A DNA stretch of 64,000 nucleotides from Guillardia theta CCMP2712 (Eukaryota > Protista > Cryptophyta). The DNA is taken from NCBI RefSeq assembly GCF_000315625.1, contig NW_005434600.1, positions 53,910 through 117,909 of the forward strand, in the 5' to 3' direction. Each line of letters begins with the position of its first letter. Within the stretch, counting starts at the first letter, position 1. A program made the translations under genes and the position numbers. Below the pieces are notes generated by a model. That model saw only the letters and a list, made by a program, of their open reading frames with translations. It made no database searches and was not told the origin of the DNA. Below are positions 60,801 to 64,000 of the stretch, one piece after another.

Positions 60801-62348
60801 CAAGGTTGTAGAACACATTGTCTACAAGCACTTCGAGTTACTAGGCTAGAGATATTCTGAGTCGATTTGAGATGCTTTGTGATGCCACCTCTCAATCAAC
60901 AGCATTCTTGCCTTGATTGTCATACTTTCCCACTTCCATGCTCTCCTTCTACGTACTCTCCTCCCTTCCTCTCTCTCGTACCCTCTCTTGTTCTCCTCGT
61001 CCCGCTTCACCCCTCCCTCTTTCTTCTCCTCGGCCCTCCCTCTCTTCCTCTTCCTCTTCGTCTCCCTCGTCACTTGCTCCTTCCCCCTCTCCTGCCCCAC
61101 TGCACACGTACAAGCGCTATCCTGCATGATTATCACACAGATCGATTTTCAGTGGATCAGCAACCGAGATGTCCTCGTTGAAGTAGCGAGCGTGTTCTGA
61201 TTTGTTGTTCCTGACACTCCTCTGCAAGGTCACTCTCGAGCGTCAACGGAACCTTCAACAGCATCTTTGGCAGTCAGAGTGACACGCTGGGTCGCAACCA
61301 GAACGCCATGGCCCCCGACAGCGGCCAGCAGTCGCAGTTCAACCAGGTCTGCAACGTGTGAGGAGATGGAGATGGAGATGGAGATGGAGATGGAGACTTC
61401 TTCAACAAGTTCCGATGTTGTGATGTGTGATGTTGCGCTGTCATTGTTTTGGTTCGATCTGATTGCTTGCTCGCTCGCTCGCTCTCGTGTCCTTCAACGT
61501 TACTTCCTTCCTTTCTTCTCTCCTCCTCTTCTCTTCTCCTTCCCCGGCATGTCTTGACCTGATCACCAGCAGGGGCAAGTGTCTTCCATCCCTTTCTTGC
61601 CCAAGACAGGACCCCAAGGTATGATGATGTGTTTCCACTATACTCTGTCTTCTTATATGTGTTTCCTTCTTCATGTAAAATCTTCCTATCGCCATCTCAC
61701 TCTCTCTGTTCACAGGGGGCGGTGGAATGAACAACTTCGGGTATCAAGTACCAATGAACTTACAGCAGAATCAAGGTGAATTCTTGTACTGCTTCCTTCC
61801 CCTCCCCTCCCCATCCTCTCGTTACATTCGCCCCCTCCCTTCCTCCCCTTGTCCTTCCCCCTCCCCTCCTCCTCCTTTTTCCTTCCTCCTCCACCTCCCT
61901 CCCTTGTCTACTCTTGTGAGGGGTTTCTTAGGGTCTATGACACCGCAAGGGCGCCAGGATGTCCCAACAGATGATAAGAAGCAGCAGGAGCTACTGCGAA
62001 TGGTGAGAAATGATGACAAATGCAAAATAGAGGGGTGGGGAGGGGACGGAGATGGGAGGAGAGAGGAGAGAGGGGAAGGGAGGGGAGGAGAAGGGAGGGA
62101 AGGAGTAATAGAACGGAGGAGTAGAGGAAGATTTCTTGCATCATGTTTTATTCCTTTGAGATCTCACAAGGAATGTGATGTGTGTTGTTGTTGGGTATGA
62201 GAGCGTTTGTACATGATGACTTCAAGGTTTCTGAAAGTCACTGCAGATGATGGAACAGCAGCAGCAACAACATCCGCAACAGGTTCTTATCTCTTCGATA
62301 TGAAACATGTTCTGACATTGTTCTTGGTTGCTGCAGCCATATCGGTGA
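57846..62348 (+). CDS. Heat shock transcription factor (HSF DNA-binding domain, HR-A/B coiled coil, Q/N/M/G-rich tail); ~20 exons
   Basis: PVFITKLLRML..IRWGADGTTVLI|KVIPKYFKHSNFASFVRQLN|LYGFHK..EFQHK|YFKRDQPSLLHNIKRK, followed by heptad exons. The DNA-binding domain is secure; the C-terminal exons and stop at 62348 are inferred. Confidence 0.88.
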
Positions 62349-62859
62349 AGTATGTAAGGGAAAGGAGCGATTTTAATCCGTTACCAAACTTTCATTGTAA
62401 ACAAAGATTTGAACAAGTGAATCGAATTGGCGCATGGCCAAGAACCGAGTGTCGGAGTAAAGTCTTGAAAGAGAGCAGAGCAGAGCAGAGAAGAGCAGAT
62501 TTGGGATGTGGGATGGGATGGCTGCAGAGAAAGGGTCGTAACAGACATGAAAGATGTTTTACTCTTTGCCTTCTGACACTCTGAAAGTGAAGAAGTCAGA
62601 GGCAGAGGAAGGGAGGGAGGGAAGGAAAACATGGCGAGGAGAGAATGGAACAAAATATGGAGCGGAACAAGAAAACCAAGTGGAAGTTATGAAAGAGCAG
62701 GGAGGAGGTGACGTGAAGCAGGAGAAAGATCAGCAGCAGCAGCAGCATGAAGAGGAGGAGGAGGAGGATGAAACAGCAAGCACCTCTTCCTCTTGCTCGA
62801 ATGCTCCTCTTCTTTCTGTGGAATCGTCAGCAAAATCTCCTCACTCCTCTACCAGCCCT

Positions 62860-62995
62860 CCTGCTCCTGTTCCTGCCCCTGCCCCTGCCCCTGCCCCTGC
62901 CCCTGCCCCTGCCCCTGCCCCAGCTCCAGCTCCAGCTCCAGCTCCAGCTCCTGCTCCTGCTCCTGCTCCTGCTCCTTCTCCTGCTCCTGATCCTT

Positions 62996-63054
<59 letters not shown>

Positions 63055-63224
63055 CGCCGCTGCTCCTGCCCCTGCTCCAGCTCCTGCTCCAGCTCCTGCT
63101 CCTGCTCACCATTTTTTTGCTGGCCTTCGTTCGGTCCTCTTTCCCCTGAGATAGAAAATAAGAGTTAAGCGGGGTTCGTACATCAGAAGAAGCAGCAGCA
63201 ATAGCAGCAGCGGCGGCAGTAGCA

Positions 63225-63313
<89 letters not shown>
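62860..63313. repeat. (GCYCCW)n hexamer arrays and a (GAT)n array
   Basis: Directly visible; probably introns of an unidentified minus-strand gene entering from the right edge. Confidence 0.85.
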
Positions 63314-63314
<1 letters not shown>

Positions 63315-64000
63315 GCAGTAATAGCAGCGGCGGCGGCAGTAGCAACTGAAGAAGACGAAGAAGAAGCAGCAGCAGCGATAAAGGTACAGGAGAGGAAGCG
63401 AGCTAGGTACCTTGAGAATTTTCCTCCATTCTTGTTTCTCTTCTTCCCCTGGCAGAAGATCAATCGCAAATCAAGAAGCGCGATAGAACAAAAGCAGAAG
63501 ACATTAGAGATGAGACGGAGGTCGATCAACAACAAGATAGCAATGATAAACGATCTGATACCAATACAACACAGCACAATCAGTTTCCCAACAATCAGTT
63601 TTCAAAAAAGGTCAAGTATGATCAACAAGCATCATGACTGCGGTGAAGGGAAGCATTCATATCAACTGTTCCTTGTGTTTTTCCTGCACTTTCTCCTCCT
63701 CCTCCTGCGCTTCCTCCTGCTTACCTTCAAGAATTTTGCAGTCGGTGATTTCTCCCAAAACTTCAATGCTCTGGCCCCCTGCTTCATGTCAGCCAAAAGA
63801 CCTCCTCCTCCTCCTCCTCCTCCTCCTCCTCCTCCTCCTCCATCCCCCCCCCCCACCTGATGCACGACCAATAACATTGACAGTGGTGGGGTCATAGGCA
63901 GAGGCAGGGGCAGGTGCAGGGGGAGCTTGACAACGAGGGAAGGAGAAAGGGAGAGAGGGCGCGCTTAAACAGTCAGGCAGGGCTCAAAACAGCAAGCTGA

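Overview
Gene-dense eukaryotic nuclear DNA with many short (~43-60 nt) spliceosomal introns, microsatellite-inflated long introns and two 100-N assembly gaps. A flagellar gene, bipartite plastid-type presequences and RWP-RK genes point to a flagellate alga with a secondary plastid, most likely a cryptophyte (inference). Supported genes: a large SZT2/KICSTOR-like gene running off the left edge; a MORN-ankyrin-LRR-Roc/COR (ROCO-like) protein with a degenerate P-loop; a TRM11/THUMP-class RNA methyltransferase; CENP-V/GFA; DNAI7/CASC1; DUF3326; a double-LRR protein with a degenerate PIN domain; a Trk/HKT transporter; three intact RWP-RK genes plus two remnants; a five-exon 80-aa lysine-rich H1-tail-like gene absent from the ORF track; and an HSF. 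The most unusual signal is non-coding. (1) GC-rich intergenic islands are packed with short inverted repeats. (2) A dispersed ~43-bp element occurs three times; one copy and an RWP-RK pseudo-copy are decaying by short insertions. (3) Separate ACCCC/GGGGT-rich upstream patches mostly take the polarity of the adjacent gene. Exon models were built by hand and are approximate.
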